Source: Dimorphilus gyrociliatus
Taxonomy: Eukaryota > Animalia > Annelida
Direction of reading: 5' to 3'
Assembly: GCA_904063045.1 (NCBI GenBank)
Contig: CAJFCJ010000075.1
Location: 1-64,000, forward strand
DNA length: 64,000 nt
The notes beneath the pieces were generated by a model. It made no database searches and was not told where the DNA came from. It saw only the letters and a list, made by a program, of their open reading frames with translations. Positions within the stretch are counted from its first letter, which is position 1. Every line of letters starts with the position of its first letter. Shown one piece after another: positions 24,161-38,900 of this stretch. A program made the translations under genes and the position numbers.

Positions 24161-27100
24161 AGCTGTCTATATTAAAGGTTATGGATCAGATGAAGACAAT
24201 ATATCTTCATAGTTTGTACATTAATAGTTTACAAATTAGCATTAATTTTCATCTTTCTTTTTCCTTTTGTCATGCATTCTTTACATATTACATTATCAGC
24301 AATCAATTGACAATAATCTTTAGATATGTCGATCAGTTTATCAGTTGATCCCGAGTTCGGTGACACCACGTAGTTTCCTTGTATCAGTTTTCCTTTTTGA
24401 GATTATTTTAGGCCTGGAATATGTGTTTGTAGAATTGTAGAGTTATTGACATCCAATAAAAATTGATTAACTATCACTGCCATATTCATTTTTTTTTTAC
24501 ATTCATGACTGAATTATTCGTTCAATTGAACAATGACAACTAAATTTTTCATTGCTAACAAGCTAAAAGAGAGAAAGAGAGAGAATGTTAAAAAATTGAA
24601 AAGTTTTTCTAAGCAGCAATTGAACCATACATTCCAGATAGGATGCAAAGTTCTATTTTTCTATGAATCCTCAATTTTATAGTTACTGATGCAACTGTAA
24701 AAATGAGATCATTCCTCATCTGATAGCAGAAATCTACTGACTGATAGGAAAAGTTCTGACATCTTTACCAATTATCTCCATTTTCTCTTCAGCATAAGAA
24801 AGAGTAGCGTGAAATAGAAATTGAGCATTTTCGCATATTTCCGCTGATAAGATAAGTTATTGAAGCAGTATTTTCCAACTTGGTTTTATTGCTTTAAAAG
24901 AGAAAACAATGATGATGACTTTAGTACAAATCTATAAAAAAGACCATCAAGTTACAATTCACAGCAATTTTTAAGTTTATTTACTTTTGCATAACAAATG
25001 TCGTGTTCTATGGGAAAACTTTCATTATGTTCTTCTATAAAAGTCTTTAGCATTCCAATAACAGTTGTATTATGATTGAAAACGGCTCATTTTTTGGTAT
25101 TTTATCCTAACCTAATCTCCCAATCCCTGTCAAAACTAGCATGCTAGAAAACTCTTGAAAATCACAATTACAAAGGCACCTAAGGATTAATTATGTTAAT
25201 AGTAAAACAACGTTTTCTCTATATTCCTTTGCTGCTTATTTCTCTTTCTATCTTTTACAGACCATTGTTGGTTTCCAACTTGTCAGACTCTATTTACAGC
25301 TTCTCTACTTTCAGTTTATGTATCGCAGACCATAGCTATTTTAACACTATACCAGTCTAAGACGTATAAAAGCAACTGAAGAGCTACAAGTGCTCTGAAT
25401 ATTTGTGCATTTTTGCTGTCATTCTCTTCCTTGATGGTTTATTTTCATTTGTTTGTTTTATCTACAAACTCGTATTATTGTTTCACTGATCATTTATCTC
25501 TTTTGCGGGTGAGTTTTGTCCAAGGTTTGTATTTTCTTGTAGGAATTCAGTAAAATATATCACAGACGTAGAATCTATAGGAAGAAACCTAATTTAAATG
25601 ATAAAATACTTGTAAATGTTTTGTGTCGAGGATAGATGCTATTGATTCTGATTCTGGATTAAAAGGAAGGATGCTTTTTAAGATTGAACAATATGAAAAC
25701 TTGAGTATATTTGGTGTGAATGAAAATTATATATACAAATTATATTATAAGAGCTAAACTGTGAGCTGTAAGATTCATTTTGATTGGCTTTTCTTTGAAG
25801 GGTGAAGGGTTTGCAATTTTTCAATGGTTTTAAAGTAATTGGTGTAATTGATTAATCATTTTGAATTTTCAAATCGTAATTTGAAATCGGCAACTATATA
25901 ACACAAGTTGACAAAATGTTAATGAAATAAATGAGAAAATTGTTTGCTTGTTTAAATAAATCCGAAGAGACACTTACAGTATTTTTTATAAAAAATTTTT
26001 GTATCGTCAGCAATAAAGGCGGTAGGACTACCATCATTCATTTCGTATTTAAGTGAACACTTTGATTTGTTCTTGTAAAGTTCAAATCCTCTATAGACAA
26101 ATATTGATACAATGAAGAAGAGAGAGAGAAAAAACAAACAAGCGCGCAATTTGTGATTATATTACAAATATTCCTACAAATTTCAATATTGAAAGGATAA
26201 TCGTCAATTGATTTTAATTGTAAAATACTCATTAAAGTTGTTGTAAAATTATCCATTTGAAAATAAATATTATCTGTAAAATGTTTTCAAGTTTAAATTG
26301 AGTTCTATGTATTTAGACATACCTTTATGCACTGAAAATACCTTCTAATGTTCTATTTCCAATTGCTATTTCCTTTTCAAAATAACTAACATTAGTGTTA
26401 TTTATAAATGTTGACCCTTGGTCTTTTCTCTTGTTCTTTAAGTTGCATTTTCGATTAAGTATAAAATAATTAAATGACCTTGAAAAATAATAAATCCAAT
26501 ATTTAAATATGTATTACAGCTTTTCAAAAAATCTTACTTGCCTTCATTCGATATATCGCATGCCATCTTACATGCATCGACACCAAAATCATTGTAAATT
26601 ACACTTAGAATATTATGATTTTTCATCTTTACATTCTCCATTTTTAATATGAAAAAGCTTTAAAAGACATTTTTATACTAAATAAAGAAATATAACTGAT
26701 AAAAACTCACTATTATTTTCAGATAAACTTGTTTGTAATACAATGAGAATAATACCAAACAGCAGCATCTTTGCCAACATACCTGGAATTTTAAATTGCA
26801 AATGTACAAATATTACAAAACAACTAACACACACTGTTTTACAACAACAAAAACCAGTGTTCCCTCAGAATTTGCTAGAGAACATGTCCTTCTACCATTT
26901 ACAAATATATGATTAAGGATAGATATAAAAGTGATTATTTAATGATTGAAAAATGCCAATTAAAATTAATTCAAGTTGTCTGCTAAAACCTTGTCTTTAG
27001 ATGTATGTCTATGAGAAAATTTGTAATGCATTAAAATCTTCATCAAATTATTTGGAATGCATTGAACTGAGATGTAATGTCTCACAAGAATGTGGTGGTA

Positions 27101-28123
27101 TATAGCAATTATAATGGATTCATAACTTGGAATTTAAACAAAGATTCTCTTCATCATAATAAATTGAAAGGAATTCGCAAAAGACAACAATTTATTCTCA
27201 ATAAAACCTTTATCAATAAGCATTTCTGAATATGAATTTAATGATTTTGAAGAGTTTCTTTTATCTATTATACAAAGAATGGTTGTAAATTTCAAACAGC
27301 TGCTGCCAGGTCAATCAGAATGAAAATCAGCAATGAGACTGAAGAACCAAAACTAGAAGTTGCAAGGCTTATCGAGTTACTACAATTAGGTATAGAAGAT
27401 GATGTTGGCAAAAAACACCAACAGTTCCAACAAGTTCTTGACTACATAACAAGACACTTTAACAAGGCATAGCAAGCATATCAACTTGGCTAATGAATTA
27501 GGAATTGACTCAAGTATGTCAACACATCAACATTTATTTTCATCATGGCTAAAAACTCCAACCAAAATGCTGATTAACATTGCATTTCCAACAATAATTA
27601 TTATTTGAACTTCATTCATATTATGGCTCGCATATAAAAGAAAATGCAGCAAACTTACTAGGAAAAGACTTTGGAAATACTTAGAAAGAAAGCCCAACCA
27701 ACAGCTCCAGGTATACAACAAGAGGAATTACAGATCCCAACATTTTATACTATTTTATAGGAATTATAATGGTGCAACTTTAGAAAGACTTTTATTTCGT
27801 AGAGTTAACTTTAAAAGGAAATGTGTCAAAGTTGTTTTTCTTAACTATTAAAGACTACATAAAGAATTGCGAAATTTTGTAAGCAATTAAGAGCACCAAG
27901 CGATAAATATTTGTTGTCAAAACACCTCACCCTACCCTACCAATACAAAGAATTGCTATGGAATGAATGTATATATTATATACATATTTATCTGAATACA
28001 ATAAAGTCTGTTATTATGGTGTTACAGTAATTATTTACTTATTAAATGAAACTGATGTTGACAAGGTTAAAATAGAAAACTAACAAACAAACAGAGGATT
28101 CAGAAATCAGACATAAAAAAAAA

Positions 28124-29906
28124 TCATTTTTTGTATGTTTTGCTATCCAACATTTCATTAGTTAAACAAGAAATATTTTGGAGTTTTAATTCAACCAATA
28201 TAACTTTTAGCTGTTCAAGATCTTTGGAAATATCCGACGAAAAGATAAACTCTTCCAAACGATCTATTCTATTATTTAGCTCTAAAAATTTATAGTTAAT
28301 TAGGATGATTGATTGATTGATTGCCTTTTATAAAACAAACCTGTAAATTTATTAACATGTTCACTCTTGAGATTTTCTTTAGCGCCAATATCCTTAGAGA
28401 ACATTTTGCAGATAGATTTCGTGATGTATTCGAACACTTTGTGATCTTCTGCCAACATTGTTGGATCAAGCTTTACAATAGCTAAAAATTCATTTAAAGT
28501 AGTAATAAAGATATTCAATACAAGATAAATCATGATAGATGCGTATGATATAATGTATATTTTGGCGGTAAAACCACCATTTTCAGACAGTATTTCAAAG
28601 TCTAAATGACCAAAAATTGTTATCAACAGTGAATAGCACGTGTATTTAAAACTTTTATAGCTTTCTGTAAATTTTCCAAGGCTAATGTAGCCCCAACAAG
28701 CGTAGCCAATCAGAACAATACAACAGCAAAATCCTAATGATATTAATTCACCACTTGCTTTCTTAATTGAACTTACAAGGACTGATATTGTTCTTGATAT
28801 TTTCAATAAACTTAACACATAGAGTTGGCCAAAAAATCCGCAAAATGCAATAAATATTATAAAGAATTCATTGACAGTAAAAAATAACGATAGGTCAATG
28901 TATTCGTGTCTGAAATTCATAACGTATTCTACAGCTTTCACTCCAATTATTGTCCTCCAGATGTATAATACAACTGCCCAAATGAAGCATACCAACGAAA
29001 GGATTAACAGTAAATTAGGCATCTTTGCGTACTTTTTATAATGATAAATGCTTTGAATGACTAAGGATAGCCATGTTAGAACTGACAAACCTTCAAACAC
29101 AAGTCTAACTAGACCACCGGCTCCTGTATATCTATACAAGTTTAAAGAATCACTTCTAACTGTTGTTATTATGCCGCCAAAAGGTTTGAATTCAAATGAC
29201 CAAACAGCCTGAGAAACTGTTTCCTGATTCAATATAGTTACTTCCAATTGAATGTGACGCGTTTGACGGTCTAGCCAACCGAAATTTTTCAATTCAAATA
29301 TAATATTCAAAGCTTTGTCAGCCATTTGTCCTAATGAAATTAAATAGCCTCTCTCCTGTACTGAGTATAAGAAAGCGCTGTGCGTTGTATTTACATTGAA
29401 ACGATCCCAATTGACAGAAAAATTCCCAGTACTACTAGCAGAATTTGAATAGTATCCAAAACATTTGTAGCTTTTCAATAGTATTTTCATACTTGCAATA
29501 GTTTCGCATTGGTGTTTTTTAACTCTCTTCTGAAAGAGTCTGACTGATGAAAATCTCATATGATTCAATTCAGCCGTATACTTTAAATCGTACGTAGATA
29601 GATTCTTATTATTATAATGGGTTTTTGGATAGAGTTGGGGAATTGCGTTCTTTTCCATCCAATTCCAAAATTGTTCATAGTTCTTTACCACATGGATTTT
29701 TGATATGACATTCGCTATTGATCTATTCTGATAATAAATCATTGGATTACGATTGCTATAGCAGATAAACGTAATAAAGATTAAAAAGATTGCGTGGAGG
29801 AGAATATCTCTTATCATATTAAACATCTTCCCTTCCAATTGTCTCTCTTCCTTTGCCTTATCATATTTGTCTGCCGCCTTCTTTAAAAGTTCTTGAATAT
29901 TCAATT
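28124..29906 (-). other. Polycystin cation-channel region (TOP/TM segments) and C-terminal coiled-coil-like tail
   Basis: Motifs WNWM....IPQLYP, R.FQKRVKK..C, GY...LG, L....WLDRQTRHIQLEVTILN, F.PFGGI and LYRYTG are followed by six hydrophobic segments and the pore region F.ESYKSF...YSLL..IFG. Confidence 0.9.
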
Positions 29907-32900
29907 CTGTTATAAAAAAATAAAATTAATGTCGTCTATTATCTAATCTATTCAGTTAATTCAATGTTCTCTTGCCTTTTGGAATGTGAGACAGATTGTT
30001 CGTTTCCAACTTTCTCATGTCTCCAATATCGTTTTCATACTGAGTTAGGGCAGCATCTTTCTTAAACAAAAACGTCAGCAGAAATACAACAAATATTACT
30101 TTGATTGGTTGAACTAAAACGATGCTTTGTAAGAATGATAAAAGGAACGATATCAACCATTGTAGTGATTTCTCCTGTCCCCATTGTATAGAATATAAAA
30201 TTGTAAAAAATGCCGCTACGATTGTCGTTAAAATTGCCACAATCCATCCCAAAGGAACGGTATACTTTTTCCATTTTTTCGAACTAAAGAGTACTGTAAT
30301 CAGAACCAGTCCAGGAAATACAACAACGCTACTCGCCAAACCAACATATAATTCATAGACAGTAAAAGTAACCGGACCGAATGACAATCCAACGTGACCT
30401 TTAGCCTCTCCAGAATTTTTGTAAAACATACAACTGGCAATCATTGACAAAAATAGAGCAACAAAGCAAACTGTTAATCTTTGAAATCTTGTAAATTGAG
30501 ATTTAGATCTTTTCGCTCCAACCGACACCCATAAATGATCATTTGTTAATCTTTGCCTTAAATTTCTCTTAAATAATTCATCTACATTCATTATTTCCTC
30601 GTTTCTTCTCGCAATGAGAACTCTTTCTACTTGACAATCGGCGTGTATAGGCGACAACCATTGATCGCAATCAAAATTATACCAAGCATTTGCAACTTTA
30701 TCAATGATGATTATCCTTGATAAGAACCAAGGATCGTACTCTTTCGCTGAATTGTTATCTTTCTCAAGGGAGACTTTAATACAGATGATTGATCCAATAG
30801 CACTATTTGTTGTCATAATAAATGATCTTACACTTCCCGCGTTAAAGGAGACCACTTCCTGCGAAATTAATATCCTATTTCCGGTAATACTTTGACTCCC
30901 ATAGCATGTTAAAGCCACTTTGGACTTGGTACCACCTTTCCTCTGATTTCCGGTGTAGACGTGTACTTCGTATTCATTTGTATCCTTTTTATAATTGTCC
31001 AATAATGGTAAAGGAGTCCAACGTAGCTTATCTCTTTTATCCAATCTTCTTACTAGTAACGCAAGAGGAATGAACAGAACAAACAACGAACATATTGTTC
31101 CAAAGACAGCTGCATTATTTGCCAATTTATTTGTAAAGTCGTTGAATATTGTATAAAAATCTATAAGATTTGGCGCCAATTCTAATTCGGCACCCAAACT
31201 CCCAAACAGATTGCTTGTAAATTTTGTTTTCGACGCTGTCGTCTCTTCGTTGACTTTACACGAATCGCTTTCTTGCCAAACATTCCCGTTCCACAATTTA
31301 CACAATGGATAAGACATTTGAATACTATAATTGAGTATTTGCTTTGAGCAGTTGGAACACGAAACAACGGCAAAAACTGTTTGATTTACTTCCGGTCTAA
31401 GCATAATTGTTCTTCTATACTCGTTGCAATCTTCTTCTTGATCAAAATTAAATGAACACGTCTTATTCAAATTTGGTAAGATATATGACGCATTATTCAT
31501 TTCTCTATTTGGTTTTAGATTATAACCAATGAGCACTGAGATTGCATCATCGCTATTTAAATTAAACGTCAGTATTAGAGCGTTCCTTGTCGCATTTAGA
31601 GTATGAATGGCTGACTGATTTGTTGTGTTTACGTATTGAAAACCTTTATAAGGATTCTTCATATTTAAACTAAGAGAGTAATTAGTTTGGGGAATATGGA
31701 TACTTCTCTTCTTTCTTCTCTCTTCAATCTTTAATATTGAATTACAAGGCCGAATTTGGAATTCGGCAATGGATGACGTAACATTCAAAGCAGATTTATC
31801 CCACATATAAGGATTAATACCTGATATTAATAATGTTCTTGTAATACAAGAATGATTGCCATTTTCAAAGGAATTTAATTTTACTGATCCAAATTTTGAC
31901 GTATCGCTATCATTGTATTTAATATTCATTGAAGATATTTTCTCAATAGTGATGCTCATTTTTTCAAATTTAACATTTAAAGCTTGCTCATCCACTCTCT
32001 GTTCTAATAGCAATTCATCACTGACATTATGAATGATCTTGACAACATTTGTCATCACATTTCTCAGTTTGTCATTACTACTATTATTGAAAGTTGTTTT
32101 TGTTAGATTTGTTGCAATTTTCGAATCATCATCATCATCATTTGAGATTATATCGCAAAAGAATAAAGTTGATGATGAATTATTAACATTCATAAGGCTA
32201 ATGATCTCCTCTTTATCTTGTACATCTTCCTTATAACTATCAGCTGCAGTAGTTGTTAGAATGGATGTTTCTAGTAGGCCTAAACAAAAAAGAAAAAGAA
32301 TGAAGAAGAAGAAGAAGAAGAAGAAGAAGAGGATATCTCAATGATTATTCATACTTATTGATATATCCTGTTTGATTCTTTTAGAAAGTTTGTTTCTATT
32401 TAATACAGTATTTAACTTTCCAATATGATTAGCAACATTTATCTATAAAAGTAAAGAAAAAAAAAAGAGATTTTCGTACTAGTTGCAAGAGGTTAATTGA
32501 GTTTGAAGAATTGAACCTGCGAATTGATATCCACTTCCTTTGGTTTGTATACAAGAGTATTTACAAGTCCATTATTCTGTTGAAGCTCGTCAATTGATTT
32601 ATAAGGAATTTTTAAAGTAAAATCAATCATATGTTTTCTTGCCTTAATGAACGATAAAAGAGAACTTTGTTAGACGCTTTTTTACGTATAAATACAATAA
32701 TAATTCCATACTTTCACTCTTCTCATCCTCTTTTTGCAATTATCCTCGTCTTGTTCTATTTTAGAGAAATTATTTACTACTTCTAATGATCTATTAAGAT
32801 TTGCATTGAGAATTGATGATACTGAATAGATTGTCGAAGATACTTGACTAACGTTGCCAGCGTTCAACTGCAATTTTAAATTATCATTCGATACAATATC

Positions 32901-35900
32901 CAAGGTCAAGTCTAATAGTTTATTTTCAGGGATAGGAGGCGGTTGGACATGAACATCAAATATATATTCATATTGATCACCAATCGAATCAATTACGCTT
33001 ATGACCGTTTCAGTAATTCCATTTTTTGGATTACCAACTGGCAACATCAAGTGTACAGCTTCCTGATTATATGAAAAGTAGAGTAAGAAACTCTGTTTTC
33101 TTCCCTGAGGTCTTGCCCTATACTCGTATTTTAAACCTGACGAATTTTTTAATTTTTTAAATTCCTGCCAACCTCGACAGCTTATTTCAAAATTGGTTAT
33201 TGACGCAAAACCAGTTCTAGGTTGGCAATTGCAATTACCACCGAACGGTGGTCTATTCATAAGAAATGTTTCATTTACTGATCCATAGTCGTTATTGTTA
33301 ATTTCCATCATTCTTCCTTCAACAATTAAATTATACAGAGTACCAGGAAGAAGAGTACTACCTTTAATTTCAATCTCATCACGTGATGTGTTTCCAGTGG
33401 TTATATCACTAAGATTATTAATGAAAGACCACGATTCATTGGCATTAATCATTATTTTCCAATTATAAATCATTTTCCAATACAAACTTGTGCATTTTGA
33501 CAAACAAGTTACTTTATAAATAATAGAAGAAGAGAGTCTTTTCTTCCAAAAACAATTCTTTTTACATCTGTTTATAGGGCCATATATTAAAAACAACAAC
33601 AACAACAACAATAGTATAATGATAGATATACCTCATTTTAAGTGTTGGTCTTTTGAATGGTTGTAAATAGAACATTTGCTCATAAGTCGCTTCTCTCTTT
33701 TCAATATTCGACAGAATTTTAACGCTAATAATATATGTTGTATTTGGTATCATGTAATAAGTATTTAAAGTCAACTTTCCATTTCCACCATTTTCAATAA
33801 ATCCAGGACCATTTCCAAAGCATCCTCCATTTTCTTGAAATTCATTCAAAGTAGGAGGTACATTTAAAAAATCTACTCCTATATGTTTGTCATTCGTTGG
33901 TAACTTTTCGCCGATTTTCCTACAATACCACTTGAAATAGGTATCCTTCAATTTTTCATTAGGATCATTATCCGGATCGAAACTGAAGAATTCAGCATTA
34001 AATGTCTTATTCGTAAGAAATTCGGCAGTTGTCCAATTGTTATTGTCAATGTTTACAATTAGAGGACTGGGTATTATTTCTAAATAATATTTATAAGTAT
34101 TATTGGCAAATGGCTGATTGAACATTTGTAAAAAATATTGAATTTCGTAAATTCCGTAAGACAATTGTCTTTCTCTTAAATTCAATGTTTTATTATTTGA
34201 CGTAAATTCTAAAGAATTGGTATCCATTTTGAAAATTTTCCATTCGTATAGTATTCTATTTGTTTTCATACAATCCCAACTTATGTTAACTGGTATTTCA
34301 ACTGGACTACTCTTTATAACCTTGAATGGTCTATTTTGAAAAGTATAGCCAATTGGTACAGACGCATTTGGACTATAACAATACCAATCTGCGACTGTTG
34401 TTGTAAAATTTCTCTCATCTTTAGTTATATGATTAAATCCTTTGACTTTAATATTATAATATCCTATCTCTTCGTATAGATAATCTATTACAATTGTTGT
34501 TTGATCATAGGCAATTTCAGTAAAGTTTATCGACTCGCCGAAAGCGTATTCCCGACAGATGTCGTTAACGCCAAATGCCATTTTCGTTGAATATTTATCA
34601 TCGCCAAAATCAAAGATAAAACACGAATTAGTTGCCATTCTGCCAATTTTTGCAATTACAGTTGTTACATTTGTTAATAGGACGCTTTCATTAGCCGTTA
34701 ATTGTTCTATTGTTACAGCGTCTAATATAATTTCTGACAAACTCTGTAGGTTTTTAACAGACAATAAATTACTACAAATTACATTTGTAGTTAAATTGCC
34801 AATTGAATTTCTTGAAAAATAATACTGATATACAAATGAAATTTTTGGTGGCCAATTTGAGATAAATTCATGAGTTGATTCGCCATTGCTAAATTCAAAT
34901 ATACAATAGATATCCTTAAGGATTTTCTGAGTAGATTCAGAATAGAGTTCGTAGGTAATAATTCCAGGTGTCCACAAAACGGAATTGTTTGCTTTTAGGC
35001 CAATATTTTCAATTCTATTCTGCACAACTATCTTAATTGTTTGCTCTTCTCTACTTGGATTATTTTCCCCAACTACAATTATTGAATAATTTCCAATTTG
35101 GTAAAATAATAGATTAACCAGTAATGGTTGATCGCTGGCGAATATTTTTGGATGATTTTCCAATAGAACTGATGATAAATGATGTATTTTATATATCACT
35201 GACGAACCAGCTTCAACAGTAATCTTTAAAGATACATTTTCCATTATTTCGTAAGCCGGTTTTGCGATTTTAACTGATAAATTCTTAATTTTCTCAAATA
35301 CCAATAAATTTAGTGAATTTTCAAATTTACTAATCAAATTCTTACATGATATTTTAACTGAAATATTTTTACCAACATCACTTTTTTCGTATTTGTGACT
35401 TTGAATGATTGACGGTTGTTTACTCACACGAAATTTATGAATTATATTTTCATTTGTTGGTTGAAAGATGCAAGAAACATTTGTTGGAGATTGTCTATGT
35501 TGATTAATTCTCATTGAAAAGTTTACTGGCTGTTCATCTAAACAACTAATGTTTGGCCCATTGATAGCAAGATCAAAAATAGGTACTTGAACAATGATTG
35601 TTGAAGGTAACGCTGTCGCTGTTAATTCATTAACGCTATTTCTTACTAAAACACTTGCATTGAAATTTCCAGCTTTCTCGTATTTGTGGATCCAATAGTT
35701 ACTCTTATAAACTGTATCTATCAGTTTACTATCAGACTGGCCATCTCCATAATCAACAACTGCTAGAATATTAACTCCAGTTGAGAGGGAAAGTGTAAAA
35801 TTCAACGATTCATTAACTTTGATGATATTGTTGTTGACTGAAAAATAAAGTCCAGTTATTTCCTCTTCGAGTGAAATGTTTTTTTGAACAGAATGATTAG

Positions 35901-38900
35901 AAACATTATTAGAGCAGTTTGCTACTAATGTTAAATGTCTCCTTTCCCTTTTATTAAACATTCTACTATATTCGTATAATACAGATGTTCCTTTTGTTAA
36001 ATCAACGTTACGAAGCAACGTTTCATTTCCATCTCCCATTTCCAATAAACACGATACATTTGTTGGTTTGAATCCATTTTCAATCGTCATCTCCACAATT
36101 GTTAAATTAACTTTTCTAGGCTTTTCATACCGAATTATTAAATCAATTTTCTTTATTTTATGTTGAATAATTACACTTTCAACAGTTTCACTCGAACAAT
36201 TGAAAAATTTATTTCTAGCCGTAGCCATTGCTTTATATTCACCAATCATCGAGTAGGAATAATACACATAAAACGGTTCTAGATTTGCCATTAATAGAAA
36301 ATTCTTCAAAATTTTAGTACTACCATCTCCGAAAGAAATTTCATATTCAACATCGCTTCCATTTTTTAACGTTAATTCTAAAGAGATATTTTCAAAGGAT
36401 GACCAATATCTATCCTGAAATTTCATATTTAAACCAATGACGTTCTGTTGCAGTTTAATTATCCGAGTACTCGTGATAATAGATATTGAATTGTTACAGG
36501 TTATTATTGCCTTTGATCTAAATTCATCGTTTAAATAGTTGTAATCAATAATTAACGGTTTAGACAAAGTAAGAATATCAGTTTTAGATATGATGAAATT
36601 TTCACCAGTTTCAACAATACACGTCATCAGTATACTCTTTGTTTCATTGTTTATTACATACTTGTAGTTTGCGTAGAAGAAAACTTGTACAGGAGGTTCA
36701 TTCGGAGTATATTCGGTGTATATAGAAACGTGGTTCTTTAATATCGGTTCCACAAGCTTGATTAACCAACAAATTTCAATTCCGGCCTCATTCCAAGCAG
36801 TTAAACTAACGTTATATATACCATACTCTGTGAAATTATACTGTATAATATTCTCAATTAATCCGAATGAATCTACGTGATCTGCTTTAAACCAATTCCA
36901 TGATATTGAATCTCCTCTGTCTGTAAAATTTACAATGTAATTTACATCACTTCCTTCACTCCATGTAACTGAAAATTGACTTATGGTTCCTTCCGTTAAA
37001 TTATTAGTGACAGTCCTAAGATTTAGATCTTTGATTGTTAGGCCTAAACAGTTTATATAGCTTTCAACATTCGTACAAGAAAGACTATTTTTAGAATGAA
37101 GGAGACTATAGGATGATCCATTTGCCGGTAGAACTTTGAAACATAAAAATTTGTATTTAGAGCAGAGACTTCTGGGAATTTTGAATGTGTTAATAAATTC
37201 CATTAAAATATAACAATTGATTGATAAATTTGTTTGAATAAGCGATGAATTAACAATACTTTTATAGTATTGTACTGAATCATTCATTTCCAAATTAATA
37301 TCAGTAAAAAACAATGTAATATTAAAATTATTCCTGTTGAATGGAACGTTTTCAACGCTAAATCTTTTATCGATATTCGTCCATTTTAAATATGTTTGTA
37401 AATGTTGAATATAACCCCTTACTATTGTTTGTCTGGGAATAGTAAGATTTGCCTCAATATCAACAGCTGAAATAGAAGATAAAAATCAACAGATTATTGA
37501 CTGCAGACAGACAGACTATACCTGGTGTACAATTTTTATAAGGTGTTAGGTCAATGCATAAAATATCATTAGTTCTGTTACTTTCCGTAAAAGATGATGA
37601 ATTTGACGAGATAATTCTAAAGCAAATGTACAAGTCACCTTCGCACTGTGACCTTGAAAAATAAGTTGAAATTTGAATTGTTAAATTTAAAGTATTTCCG
37701 ATTTTAATGCCATTTTGTTTTTGCTTTAATTCTAGTTCTACCATCTTCCAATTAGGATTTGTACTATTAATATCTTCTATTCTACTGGTTGAAACACTTT
37801 CAATATCATAATTAAAATATTCATCGAATAATTCTATGACGTCATGAAGATTTGAAGGTAAATTCAATAAAGTAATAGTAAAAGTATGATTTTGAATAAC
37901 GCTTCTATAAAACTGTTGTTGCCCATCAAGTAGAGTGATTTTCAATATTGATAAATCTAAATCTGGTTTGCAATTTACAAAATTTGAAAATATAGAACAA
38001 ATTTGATTGTTTGCCTTATCCCATTCCAGATATTTGCTGTAAGGCGATTCCAATACATTAATGCAGATATACGTCTTGTTGAAACATTGTAATTTCGGAA
38101 AGTTGAAGAAAACTGATAAAGATATAGTGGCTTCACCCCTTTTTGATGAATTTTTTTCCATCCTACTAAGTAATTCTTTGTTTAGTCCATGTTCCGAAAA
38201 TAAGCTTACGTTTTTCCTCCATTTTGCGGTTAGGTTACTACTAACTGAATCGGAAATATATATTGTAAAATCATAGTTGGTTATTGGTAAAGTTGATTCG
38301 ATGATTGGCCAACCAGCATTATTCACTAATAGGGCTGTTAAATTTACGATACTCTCTTCCTCCCTGATAAACTCACCCTCAAAGTTAACCTCCTTCAAAA
38401 GAATGTCTGTAGCTATTATTTAAAAAAAGAAGCGTAATGTTAATAAAAATTCAAAAAGCCTAAAAGGTATAAACAGTTTAGAAAGCCTACCTCGATAACA
38501 ATTGTTATCTTTGCGAATAGTGTAGGCGGAACATTGACATGAATAAGGTAAATAATCCAAATCATAGGGTTCTTTTTCCGGAATACAAACTGTATTTTGT
38601 TCAAAACAGTTTGAATCCGAATCGCAATTTTCGCCAAAAGCCTTTTCCATTTCTGTTAGAATGAAACAAAAAAAAGAGAAAATGATTAAAATAAATCAAT
38701 TTTATTCAATAAGAAGAAAAAAGACTTTTTACTTTTTGTTTTTGTGTTAATTTCAACTTCGCATAACGTTAATCTAAGATTTTCACCTACCATCCAGATA
38801 CCTAGATATGAACCTTTAATAGATTCATCGTCGCAGTCAATTGTCTGCTTTACACCAGCTCCAATAGCTCCAGTGTAATGTTTGCATAATCTAAATACTG

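Noticed and set aside
25952-26256. Two overlapping minus-strand ORFs that could form a type II membrane protein N-terminus
   Set aside because: Needs a frameshift and has no recognisable family or downstream exons.
26940-27880. Possible LRR and death-domain-like fragments on the plus strand (EKICNALKSSSNYLECIEL; INLANELGID)
   Set aside because: Heavily interrupted, with no consistent frame or splice structure.
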